Part shown: positions 32,105-42,700 of the stretch, in pieces
How positions within the stretch are numbered: position 1 is the first letter of the stretch
Layout of the letters: each line of letters starts with the position of its first letter
NCBI GenBank assembly: GCA_965204375.1
Contig: OZ241986.1
Span: forward strand, 2,208,001 to 2,272,000
From: Candidatus Latescibacterota bacterium
GTDB lineage: Bacteria > Latescibacterota > UBA2968
Reading direction: 5' to 3'
DNA length: 64,000 bases
The notes under the pieces: model-generated
Seen by the model: the letters and a program-made list of their open reading frames with translations, nothing else
Told to the model about the DNA's origin: nothing
The model's database searches: none
Program-made: the position numbers and the translations under genes

Positions 32105-33157
32105 ATGGACAACTTAAAAGTTGGAATTATCGGTCTGGGCGGCATTGCCCGGTCTCACTGCGACGCCATTGAAACCCTGAACAACGTCGAAATCGTCGCC
32201 GTTGCCGACCTCATTGAGGAAAAGCGCCGCGAATACATGGGCAAATACGATATACCCAAAAGCTATCCCTCCCACACCGACCTCTTGAAGGACCCCGAAA
32301 TCGACGCTGTCGCCATCACCCTGGGCCACCAGCTCCACCATCGCCTCACCGTTGATGCATGCAATGCGGGCAAACACGTCCTGGTAGAAAAACCCATGGC
32401 CATCAACCTGGAACAGTGCGACAACATGGTCGCAGCCGCAGCCGATAATCGGGTCAAACTCATGGTTGGCCTGACGCAGCACTACTACGGCACCAGCATC
32501 AAAGCAAAAGAAATACTGGACTCTGGCGCACTGGGGCCCGTCATCACCGCCGTGTGTTATATGTCCAAAAACTGGAGCTACGCCGGTCGCCGTCCGCAGT
32601 ACCGCAGCCGCTACCACGGCGGGGGCATGTGGTTGACCAATGGCGTACACGTCGTAGATCGGCTCACCTGGATGATCGGCTCACAGGCGGTATCCGTCTC
32701 AGCCGCTATTGGAACTCGCGCCCACTACCAGGCTGCTGATGACTCTGCCACGGCCTTCGTTCGCTATAAAAACGGCCTGGCAGGCATTGCCGTAGCCGTT
32801 GGATTTGCAGATGGTGCACCCGACCACGAATGTCAGGTCATCTGTGCAAATGGCACATTGCGCTTTTCCGAACACGGCGGGAAATACGTCAAAGTCGGAA
32901 AAAACGATCAGTGGGAAAATGTCCCCTTCGACGAACCGCCCTCGACCATGCACAACGAGTGGAAAGCCTTTGCCGAAGCCATCGCCCTGGACATTGAACC
33001 GCCCACCCACGGCGAATGGGCGCGACACATTATGGAAATCCTGTTCGCCGCCGAACAATCTGCTATCACCGGCCGAGAAGTCGCATTGGAAAGCGGACCG
33101 GGCTGGTTCAATCAGAGTTCTGGCTCGCCCGTGACAACACAACACGGCTGGATATGA
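32105..33157 (+). CDS. Gfo/Idh/MocA oxidoreductase
   Basis: GIIGLGGIA, HVLVEKPMA, GGG....GVH. Confidence 0.9.
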   Translation: MDNLKVGIIGLGGIARSHCDAIETLNNVEIVAVADLIEEKRREYMGKYDIPKSYPSHTDLLKDPEIDAVAITLGHQLHHRLTVDACNAGKHVLVEKPMAINLEQCDNMVAAAADNRVKLMVGLTQHYYGTSIKAKEILDSGALGPVITAVCYMSKNWSYAGRRPQYRSRYHGGGMWLTNGVHVVDRLTWMIGSQAVSVSAAIGTRAHYQAADDSATAFVRYKNGLAGIAVAVGFADGAPDHECQVICANGTLRFSEHGGKYVKVGKNDQWENVPFDEPPSTMHNEWKAFAEAIALDIEPPTHGEWARHIMEILFAAEQSAITGREVALESGPGWFNQSSGSPVTTQHGWI

Positions 33158-34248
33158 AAATTTTATTTATCGCGCAGTATGGCCCCTTAGCTGCCAGCAG
33201 CCGCACGCGGGTTTTTGATTACTTGCCTCTGTTGCAGAGGGCGGGCATCATCTGTGAGGTCAGAATCGTGACCCCCGACGATCTGATCAAACGCAATACC
33301 AGAGGCATTTTCTCGCGTCTTCTGTACTATGTCCTATCCTATTTTCGCGCCCTATGGACGGGATGGGCTTGCGTTTTTACAGCGCCGCAATACGATGCCA
33401 TACTGATACAAAAAGCCCTGTTTTCCTTTCCCATACCGCGCCTGTTGCGCCGGTACAAACACAAAATATTTTTTGATTTCGACGACGCTATCTTTACACT
33501 CGAAAATCCCAACGCGGGATGGATCAATCGGTTGCGAACCCAACGGCGCGCAATGGCTGTACCCGCGATGTTGCAGACGGCACACTGCGCGATTGTCGAA
33601 AATGCCTACACCGCTGAATTTGCAGCCCGTTATTGCCCTTATGTTTCACAAATCACGGGACCTATTGATACTGCGCGTTATGTCCCCTCAAAAAAAATAA
33701 CGGGCGAAAAGATCGTATTGGGATGGATTGGAAGCCAGTGGACAACGCAGTATCTGGACATGATTCGAGACCCACTGGTCGTTCTTTCGCGGCGATATTC
33801 CAATTTGGAATTGCGTTTGATTGGTGCAAGCGACTTTGACGTTCCCGATCTGCAAATTGTGCGCCTGGACTGGGCGTTGGAAACCGAAGTTGGTTATTTA
33901 CAGGCATTTGATATTGGCTTGATGCCGCTACCCGACGATCCTTTTACGCGGGGCAAAGGAGGATACAAACTACTGCAATACATGGCCTGCGGATTGCCCG
34001 TGGTGGCGAGTCCAGTCGAAATCAACCGCGAAATCGTCACCCATGGAAAAACCGGATTTTTGGCTGAGACAGACATCGAGTGGATCGAGTTTTTGGGTAC
34101 ATTAATCGAAAATAAAACCCTGCGCAATCGCCTGGGGATTGCCGGTCGCGCCCATGTGATCGCGCATTATGCACTCGAAAAAAGTAGCGAACAATTGCTG
34201 GCTCTTCTGCAGCGGAGCATACACCGATGCGACACGCTTTCACAGTAG
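33154..34248 (+). CDS. Glycosyltransferase family 4
   Basis: ASSRTR, DFDDA, DIGLMPL..GKGGYKLLQYMACGLPVV. Confidence 0.88.
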   Translation: MKILFIAQYGPLAASSRTRVFDYLPLLQRAGIICEVRIVTPDDLIKRNTRGIFSRLLYYVLSYFRALWTGWACVFTAPQYDAILIQKALFSFPIPRLLRRYKHKIFFDFDDAIFTLENPNAGWINRLRTQRRAMAVPAMLQTAHCAIVENAYTAEFAARYCPYVSQITGPIDTARYVPSKKITGEKIVLGWIGSQWTTQYLDMIRDPLVVLSRRYSNLELRLIGASDFDVPDLQIVRLDWALETEVGYLQAFDIGLMPLPDDPFTRGKGGYKLLQYMACGLPVVASPVEINREIVTHGKTGFLAETDIEWIEFLGTLIENKTLRNRLGIAGRAHVIAHYALEKSSEQLLALLQRSIHRCDTLSQ

Positions 34249-35054
34249 ATGTCGAAGATTGGTATCAGGGCATCCCAATCTCCAATCAAATGTCCGTGCA
34301 AAGCGAGCCACGCCTTGAGAGAAGTTGCCATCGCTTGCTCGACATAATGGCAGAATACGACGTCCTCGGCACATTCTTTATTCTGGGACCAGTAGCACAG
34401 CATTATCCCGACTTAATACGCCGCATAGCCCGTGAAGGTCACGAATTAGGATGCCATGGATGGTCTCACGATCTGGTCTATGAAATGACCCCCAAGCGAT
34501 TTCGAGAAGAAACGCAACGGGCTTCTGCTGCAATATCCGATGTAACCGCGCAACCCGTAACCGCCTATCGCGCAGCCTATTTTTCCATTACAGCGCGATC
34601 ATTTTGGGCCCTGGATATTTTGGCAGAACTCGACTTTCAGTGCGATTCGAGTATTTTTCCAGTGCATAACTGGCGATATGGGATTCCCGATTTTGAGTTG
34701 TCATCGCGTATTGTAAAAACTGCTTCTGGGCCAATTTGCGAAATTCCAATATCTGTACGCGAAGTGGGAAAAATGCGATTGCCCGTAACCGGAGGCGCGT
34801 ATTTCAGGCTATATCCCTATTTTGTGAGCCGCGCAAATATGCGGGCCGTGAGCAAACAACAGCGGGCTGTGGTCTTTTATCTGCACCCCTGGGAACTCGA
34901 CCCCGATCATCCACGGGTCGCATTTTACTGGAAGGCGCGTTTGACGCACTACGCCAATTTGAAAGCAACAGAACCTCGATTGAGGCGATTATTGACCGAT
35001 TTCTCTTTTTGTCCGCTACGTGAAATTGCAATGCAAATGGGAAAAGACGGATGA
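34227..35054 (+). CDS. Polysaccharide deacetylase (DUF3473 type)
   Basis: TVDVEDW, HELGCHG..H, YRA..FS, FYLHPWELDP. Confidence 0.9.
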   Translation: MRHAFTVDVEDWYQGIPISNQMSVQSEPRLERSCHRLLDIMAEYDVLGTFFILGPVAQHYPDLIRRIAREGHELGCHGWSHDLVYEMTPKRFREETQRASAAISDVTAQPVTAYRAAYFSITARSFWALDILAELDFQCDSSIFPVHNWRYGIPDFELSSRIVKTASGPICEIPISVREVGKMRLPVTGGAYFRLYPYFVSRANMRAVSKQQRAVVFYLHPWELDPDHPRVAFYWKARLTHYANLKATEPRLRRLLTDFSFCPLREIAMQMGKDG

Positions 35055-35235
35055 AGTCATAAGACCCCATCTGCGGGAGGTGCGTTTCATCTCAGGTTTC
35101 TAATTGCCTTTAAGCATTCGAGACCTTATATTTAGATGTTTTTGGGTGGGGTACTGTGTCCTGAGATGTATAAAGAGTGGGGATTGTATTTGTCGGAAGA
35201 TATGTCCCGCTCGGCAATGGGAAAGGAATGAATAC

Positions 35236-36210
35236 ATGAGGTTTTTGGTTACGGGCGGTGCGGGTTTTATTGGCTCACATCTGGCCGAACGACTTTTGAA
35301 ACAAGACCACGAAGTTTATGTTTTAGACGATCTTTCAACTGGAGATCTGGACAATGTGCGGCACCTTGAAGGAAATCCGCGGTTTCAAATGAAAGTGGGC
35401 ACAGTGCTCGATCCAGAGACACTCAGGCCCTTAGTCGATTGGAGTGATGTCATTTATCATCTCGCGGCGGCTGTTGGTGTGAATTACGTCATCAACCACC
35501 CATTGCAGTCTTTGACCACGAATATCCGAGGCACCGAACTCCTGTTGGAATTGGCGAACAAAACGAAGAAACGAGTACTTTTGGCTTCGACCTCAGAGGT
35601 TGCGGGAAAGAAAAACGGCAAAGCGACATTTAGTGAAGACGATGATCGCTTATTGGGACCAACAACCGTTGCGCGATGGAATTATTCAACCTCTAAAGCC
35701 GTCGGTGAAATGCTGGGATTGGCTTATTGGAGAGAAAAAAAATTGCCCGTGATCATGGTGCGCTTCTTCAATGTAATTGGTCCCCGACAAAGTCCAGAAT
35801 ACGGCATGGTGGTGCCCCGATTTATCAAGCAGGCATTGTTGGGACATCCCATTACGGTATATAACGACGGCGAACAAAGGCGGTGTTTTACCGATATAGA
35901 AGATGCCTTAGATGGATTGACAGCACTGATGGAACACGACCAAACGCCGGGCGAAATTTTCAATTTGGGTGGAAATCACGAGACCAATGAGATTTGTATC
36001 AAGGGCCTCGCTGAAAAAATCAAAGTGCTGACGGAAAGCGATTCACCCATTGAATTTGTGCCTTATGATAAGGCATTTGCAAAGGGTTCTTACGAAGACC
36101 TCAATTATCGCGTTCCCGATTTGACCAAGATCAAAAAATTAACGGGTTATAATCCCAAAATCAGTTTGGATACCACATTGCGGCGCATTATTGAATACTA
36201 CGAATCGTGA
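35236..36210 (+). CDS. NAD-dependent nucleotide-sugar epimerase/dehydratase
   Basis: TGGAGFIGSHL, STSEV, YSTSK, RFFNVIGPRQ. Confidence 0.92.
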   Translation: MRFLVTGGAGFIGSHLAERLLKQDHEVYVLDDLSTGDLDNVRHLEGNPRFQMKVGTVLDPETLRPLVDWSDVIYHLAAAVGVNYVINHPLQSLTTNIRGTELLLELANKTKKRVLLASTSEVAGKKNGKATFSEDDDRLLGPTTVARWNYSTSKAVGEMLGLAYWREKKLPVIMVRFFNVIGPRQSPEYGMVVPRFIKQALLGHPITVYNDGEQRRCFTDIEDALDGLTALMEHDQTPGEIFNLGGNHETNEICIKGLAEKIKVLTESDSPIEFVPYDKAFAKGSYEDLNYRVPDLTKIKKLTGYNPKISLDTTLRRIIEYYES

Positions 36211-36281
36211 TGCCCGCTTTACTCTTTTTTACAAACGGCGTTTGCATTGCCCATCGGGAGGTGTAAACGCCAATTTTTGTT

Positions 36282-37430
36282 ATGAACCGACGTCCCAAAA
36301 TACTCCATACCATGACCTGGCTTGCACCCGGTGGCGGCGCAGACCGAAATGTGTATCTTTCGATGAAGGGCATGCGAAAGGATTACGAAATACACCTCGT
36401 CGTTGGACGGCAAATCGAGCGGGACGATTTGTTAAAACTACACGGCGTTACCGCGCATATATGCCCATACTTAGACCGGGAAATCAGACCCTGGCGCGAT
36501 TTTCGCGCACTGTTATGGTTCATGCGATTGATTCAGCGCGAGCGATTTGACCTGGTTCACACCCATGAAAGCAAAGCGAGCTTGCTCGGACGCCTCGCCG
36601 CGCGATTGGTCGGCTGCAAGCATATCATCTACGGACTTCACGGTGTGGTTTTTAACGATCCAGTCAATCGCATCAAACGGCAATTCTACATTGCACTCGA
36701 AAAAATGACGATATGGGCTTGCGATTTGATCATAGCCGTTGGTCGGGACACAATTCGGCACTATCATCGGGAGAATATAGGTCGCAGCATTCCCCATCAG
36801 GTCGTTTATAGCGGCATCGATGTTACAGAGTTTGAACGGCACCTGAACAATGTGTCAAAAGACGCTTTTCGGCGCGACATAGGCATACCTGACGACGCGC
36901 CCGTACTCGTCAATATTGGCCGTTTTTCACCCGCCAAAGCACAACATTATACCATTGAGGCATTTGCCAGATTGCAATGTCCCGAAGCCAGATTGTTATT
37001 GGTAGGGGAAGGATCCGAGCGCGTAGCGTGTGAGCGGCTTTGCGTCGAATTGGGCATCGCAGATCGGGTTATTTTCCCGGGATTTTTCCGGGATATTACA
37101 CCTGCGTATGCGATTGCCTCTGTGCATGTCCTGTCCTCTTTGCGCGAGGGCTTGTCCGGCGTTGCTGTGGAAGCATCCCTCGCGCGGGTCCCTACAGTAT
37201 CGTTCGAAGTCGAAGGCATACGAGAGATTGTAACACATGGGCAATCGGGCTTTGTCGTGCCACAAGGCGATATCGAGGCGATGGTGAGATATTTGGAAAA
37301 ACTGATCGGAGATTCTCAAATGTGTCACACATTTGGAGAACGCGCATCCCAGCACGCGATTGCGCGATGGGATCACCGCGTTATGGTGCAAAAATTGGAT
37401 ACGATTTATCGACAAAGGCTCAAAATATGA
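36282..37430 (+). CDS. Glycosyltransferase family 4
   Basis: GGA, HTHESKA, SSLREGL...VEA. Confidence 0.9.
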   Translation: MNRRPKILHTMTWLAPGGGADRNVYLSMKGMRKDYEIHLVVGRQIERDDLLKLHGVTAHICPYLDREIRPWRDFRALLWFMRLIQRERFDLVHTHESKASLLGRLAARLVGCKHIIYGLHGVVFNDPVNRIKRQFYIALEKMTIWACDLIIAVGRDTIRHYHRENIGRSIPHQVVYSGIDVTEFERHLNNVSKDAFRRDIGIPDDAPVLVNIGRFSPAKAQHYTIEAFARLQCPEARLLLVGEGSERVACERLCVELGIADRVIFPGFFRDITPAYAIASVHVLSSLREGLSGVAVEASLARVPTVSFEVEGIREIVTHGQSGFVVPQGDIEAMVRYLEKLIGDSQMCHTFGERASQHAIARWDHRVMVQKLDTIYRQRLKI

Positions 37431-38122
37431 AACCGCGCAAAATGAGATACGGCTGTACCAGCAGTACATCAACGCGGGCTGTCGGGCAGTTTTTTGATAT
37501 TTATGCCAAAAATTTTGATGCGATCTACGGGCATACAAGACATCGAAGCGCGCTCGGCAGATGGGTAGATCGCACATTTCGGCAGGTGATGATGCGGCGT
37601 TTTGAGGAAACGCTTCGGCAAACAACAAAACAAGAGATTCATTCTGTCTTAGACATCGGGTGTGGTCCGGGGCGATACACGGCTGCGTTTGCACTTCAGG
37701 GAAAAGAAGTCGTGGGAGTAGATATTGCCGAAGAAATGCTAAAAATTGCACAGGACAATATCGACGCGATCAATGTAAGTGCAGACCTCGTTCTGGACGA
37801 TTATCTGTCTGTTCATTTTGACCAGATATTTGACGCAGCGTGTTTGATGGGATTTTTTGATTATATTGAAGATCCTGTACCGATTTTAAAAAAATTGGCA
37901 ACAGAAGTAACGGGCGAATTTTATGCGAGCTTTCCAAAAGCGGGCGGATTTTTGGCCTGGCAGCGGCGTATCCGATACCGCTTGCGAAGATGTCCGCTGT
38001 GGTTATACACCAAACGCGATGTTGAAGACGCACTGATTGCAAGCGGATTTGCTGGATGCTACGAAATTCGAGATTTTGGACGCGATTGGTATGTGGTCGT
38101 CCAAATGCAGAGCACAAGGTGA
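37427..38122 (+). CDS. Class I SAM-dependent methyltransferase
   Basis: VLDIGCGPG, GVDIAEEML. Confidence 0.88.
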   Translation: MKPRKMRYGCTSSTSTRAVGQFFDIYAKNFDAIYGHTRHRSALGRWVDRTFRQVMMRRFEETLRQTTKQEIHSVLDIGCGPGRYTAAFALQGKEVVGVDIAEEMLKIAQDNIDAINVSADLVLDDYLSVHFDQIFDAACLMGFFDYIEDPVPILKKLATEVTGEFYASFPKAGGFLAWQRRIRYRLRRCPLWLYTKRDVEDALIASGFAGCYEIRDFGRDWYVVVQMQSTR

Positions 38123-38151
38123 CCCCCTCTCATCAGCCGTTTTTTTCAGCT

Positions 38152-39690
38152 ATGTCAAAAGGTCTCACATTTTTGAAGCTATGTGCCGCCGCGGCCTTTG
38201 CAATGCTGGCGTGGATCGCTTCGGGCATCTCATTATTGGATGATGATTGGGGCCATCTCAAATTGGCATCCAAAGGCTTTGTCTTCGCTTTGACAACCGG
38301 ATGGGAGGGCCTGATTGGGCAAGGGGGATATTATCGTCCGGCAGTCGTTTTATCATTTTATCTGGACTATTTAATCGGTGGGTACGCGCCCGCTATTTAT
38401 CACATCCACAATATTTTGATTCACGCGGGATGCGCGTATCTCGTTTTTTTCTTTGCGCGATGCCTCTCCATAGACTCCGCAGTGGCCTGGGGCGCCGCGC
38501 TTTTGTTTTTTGTGCTACCCATTCACACCGATTCCATCTTCTGGATTGTCGGGCGCACAGATCTCTTGTGTGCGTTATTTTATCTGGGCGCGTTGATTTT
38601 CTTTTTAAAATATATGGAGCGCTATTCTACCGGCGCGTTATTGGGACTTGCCGCTTGTAGTGCACTCGCTTTTTTGTCCAAAGAAATGGCCATCTCCCTG
38701 CCTATCGCACTCGCGGCACTGGTCGCGTATCGCAAAGCGTGGAAAACAGCACAGGCGCGGCGCGGATTGGCTGTTGCCTGTATCGTATTGCTCGCGTATT
38801 TTGGCATCCGATGGCTCGTGCTGGGCAGCGTATTGGGAGGGACACCCCGCGCATCAATTATAGATTGGGCACGCGACGGCGTGAAAGCTGTGGCAAAATT
38901 TGGGATGAGTGATATCTGGTGGCTGGGCATTGCATTGGTGATCGGAAGTGCTGGAATTTTTATTTATCAACATGGTCGCGGCATCCTGCACAAAGACGCA
39001 GGGTTTTGTCGCCCATTTGCCCTACTCCTGATCTTCCTCCTCGGCGTGAGCCTCGCCCCGGCATTGGGGCATTTGCACAACTGGTATTTGTATTTGCCCT
39101 CCGCCTTCTTTTGTCTGGGTATCTCTACTATCTGGCTAAACAAAAAACAGCCAGTTCTCTTTACTCTCTTTGCCGTTCTAATTCTGTATTACGGGGTGGT
39201 AATCGGACGCGAGGGCTTTTTCTGGCGCGAAGCTTCGCAAATGAGCGAAAATGCGATTGCCAATTTGATGCCCCATGCGCGGACAACGACTGGCACGTTA
39301 TTCGTCTGTAACGTGCCCTCGGCGTGGACACCCCCCGGTGCGTTCAGTGGCAAACCGCTATTTGCTTATGCACTCAAAAATGCACTTGCCATGCGGTCGT
39401 CTCAACCGTTGCAAGCTAAAATTGCAATGGTGAACCATGTCTGGTTGACTGATGATTTTGCGTATCGCATTCACATAACAAATACGGGTTTTGATCTGGC
39501 GATTGCAAAAGGCGGCTTCTTTTCGTTTCACAGCAAGGGACAGGGACAAACACCGCCTTTTGAAATTGACCAAACCTGGGGGCGTGTAGTGGTACACGCA
39601 ACCGATTCTCTCTCAATCGCGCTGAATATACAACCTGAGGATCGCGTGGTAATTTACAACAAGGGTGAATTTGAGAAATTGTGGCCGTAA
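38152..39690 (+). CDS. Multi-TM GT-C-like (TMTC/PMT-type) membrane protein
   Basis: DDD in first loop, YYRP, YHIHNILIH, PIHTDSIFWIVGRTDLL, LSKE, YLYLP. Confidence 0.7.
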   Translation: MSKGLTFLKLCAAAAFAMLAWIASGISLLDDDWGHLKLASKGFVFALTTGWEGLIGQGGYYRPAVVLSFYLDYLIGGYAPAIYHIHNILIHAGCAYLVFFFARCLSIDSAVAWGAALLFFVLPIHTDSIFWIVGRTDLLCALFYLGALIFFLKYMERYSTGALLGLAACSALAFLSKEMAISLPIALAALVAYRKAWKTAQARRGLAVACIVLLAYFGIRWLVLGSVLGGTPRASIIDWARDGVKAVAKFGMSDIWWLGIALVIGSAGIFIYQHGRGILHKDAGFCRPFALLLIFLLGVSLAPALGHLHNWYLYLPSAFFCLGISTIWLNKKQPVLFTLFAVLILYYGVVIGREGFFWREASQMSENAIANLMPHARTTTGTLFVCNVPSAWTPPGAFSGKPLFAYALKNALAMRSSQPLQAKIAMVNHVWLTDDFAYRIHITNTGFDLAIAKGGFFSFHSKGQGQTPPFEIDQTWGRVVVHATDSLSIALNIQPEDRVVIYNKGEFEKLWP

Positions 39691-39703
39691 AAAAGGTACA
39701 CTC

Positions 39704-42700
39704 ATGAAAACTTTCTCGCATTTGATTCCCGCAATCACTTTACTAATCGCGACGAGCATCGCACACGCGGGAAACGTGCGCGTGGTGGCAACGGGTGAAA
39801 ACTGGGTGGAAGTTGTGGTGGATGCGTCTGATTTAAGCATCACCTCAGAATCTTCCTATGATCGCATAGATGTGCCGGGATGGATGTGGTTGCACCAACC
39901 GGGAGCACCTGCTGTACCTGTGCGCGGTGCAACATTGGGCATGCCTTATGGTTCGCGCGCGGTCGTTCAAGTGCTCGATGCAAACTATGAGGAAATCGAC
40001 GGACTAAATCTAATGCCCGTGCCACAGACGCAGTTGTTGGGATCTGAACAATATCCGTTTTCGAGATCAGTTTACCTGAAGGACGAGACAATTTACGACA
40101 CACCGGGATTTTATCCCGGAGCAGAAGCTGTTGTGGCACACACGGGCATCTTGCGCGATCAACAAGTCGCGATTCTGTCTCTGCGTCCCGTGCAGTACGA
40201 TCCTGTTCAGCGCAGGCTTCGAATTGCGCGGCAGTTGCGCGTGCGCGTGTTATTTGTCGCGGACGAAACGCGCCCCCCTATTCGGCTTTTGAGAGACACT
40301 GACGATTTTGACTCCATCTATCAAAAGGGATTGCTCAACCCCGAACAGGCGCACTTTTGGCGCGGACGACGCATTCGTGCGACAAAACGCATCCAGGATT
40401 GGTACGACCCCCTGGCCACGTATTACAAGATCAGAATTTCTGAAGATGGTCTCTACCGATTGGATGCGCGCTGGTTCTCCGAATCCGGCATTGTATTGGC
40501 ACCGGGAGATTTAGATCGGTTGCAGATATTTTTAGACGGGGATGAAATCTCGCTACTCGTTGAAGATGGAGGAGATGGCGTATTAGATGAGGGCGATGGG
40601 GTGCTGTTTTGGGGCGCATTTCGGCGCGCGCCAGATAGAGATTTTGAAAGCGAGTACGGCACAGAGCGCGTCTATTTCCTGCGTATTGGTCGAGAATCTG
40701 GCTCGCGATATACACACGCTGAGGGTACATCTACCAATGAGGTTTTGACGCAATTTTTATCGCGCAAACACGTTGAAATCGATTCGATCTACGAAGCCCT
40801 GGGACATGCGCGAAATGCCAACCGCGATCACTGGTTCTGGCAGCGCACTGCATCCCCGTCTCGCCCAGACGATATGCCCACAGACGTCGTAATGCCCGTG
40901 CCTTTACCGGGGCTGGCACGCGAATCAGGTAGCAATGCGCAAATTCGTCTGGGCATGCATTCGTTGACCCTGAACCAGAACATAAACCCCGATCACTACG
41001 CAGTCATACAAATTCAGGATGGCCCGCTCATCGCAGAAGAACGCTGGGATGGACAGGAAGCCCATATCGCGACGGGCACAGTACCCGTATCGGCATTGTC
41101 AGATACGACATACGTGGTATTGCAAACGCCCGGCGATCCCTCGTTTCCACTTGAACCGGTTCCCTACGTTGATCACGTGTATTTCAACTGGGTGGAGATT
41201 ACCTATCCACGACGCTTTGAGGCCATAGATGGCATGCTGCGTTTTAATCCGGGCATTGTGCTTTCACCGCGCGCGATTTCAATTCCCAATCTTGAACACG
41301 AACGGGCTATAGTCTTGAATTTGGACAAGAACAAGATCATCGGCACGGTACAGGCCGATGAAGGAATTAGATTTGAGATTGCCGAAAGTGGCGATTTTAT
41401 CGCGGTAGATGAAACATCGATAAAAACACCCGAACGCGCAGAACGCGACACCCCTTATGATTTGCGCGGATTCTCTGGCGCGGATTACGTGATTATCACA
41501 GGTGCGGATTTTATGGATGCTGCCGAGCGTCTGGCTGCACATCGGCAAGGACAGGGATTATTCACACTGGTAGTCGATGTAGCCGATGTTTATGACGAGT
41601 TTTCCTTTGGACAAGTCGATGCCGAGGCCATTCGCCGTTTTGTACAATACGGATTTCACACCTGGACAAAACGTCCCGTGTACGTCTTATTACTCGGGGA
41701 ATTCAGCTTTGATTATCGCAATATATTTGGAGAAAATCTGATCGCGCGTCACAACCTCGTGCCAGGCATGCCTTTTCAATCTCCCAACCGAGGTCTGGCA
41801 TTTACCGATGAGTTTTTTGGGCGGGTGGATGATGATTTGTTTATGGACGTATTTGTGGGGCGATTTTCCGTGCGACGCGCATCGCAGGCCAATACAGTTG
41901 TGCAAAAAGTAATCGCTTATGACGAAACACCGTCGGCACAATGGCGCAATCGCATGTTGCTAATGGCAAATTGGGATCCACAGGGAGGGACGTACAAATT
42001 TATCGCGCCGAGTGATACGCTGGCAACAATTACGCACGCTATCGGGCTGGAGAATTTCAAGGTATATCACGACGCAGATACACCGCCCGAGCCCAATGCC
42101 TCATCCCGCGAAGTTATTCGGCAGATCAATGAGGGGCGTCTGATTGTAAATTTTATGGGACATGGCAGTGCCTCATCGATGTCCAAATTTATTGCCGGAA
42201 CATTTCAGCGAGGGGCGTTCGATTACATGAGCCAAATACGAAACCGCGAACGCCTACCCCTATTTATCGGAATGTCGTGTCTAAATGGTTTGTACTGGGA
42301 CCCGCGCATCATAAGTTTAGCCGAAGAAATGACCAACAAACCCGATGGAGGGGCAATAGCGTACATATCGGCGTCTTCTCTCTCTTTTATTCGCATTAAC
42401 AACCAGCTCAACACCGCGCTATTCCGACATATACTTGAAGATGGCGTACTGGCTTTCGGACACAGTCTCGCTCTGGGCAAAATGACCGAACTCGTCGCTC
42501 TCCCTTCGAGTGAACTGGGATTGGTGGGGATGAACCTGATCGGCGATCCCGCACAACAAATCGCAGTACCACAAAGCCCGGATTTTGTACTTGGCGATGC
42601 TGCGTTGCAGTTAGACCAGCAGGGCGAACTGACTACGGCGGACTCGGTTCGGGTGACACTCCGCGTAGATAATTGGGGTATTCTGCCCAAACGCAGTGTG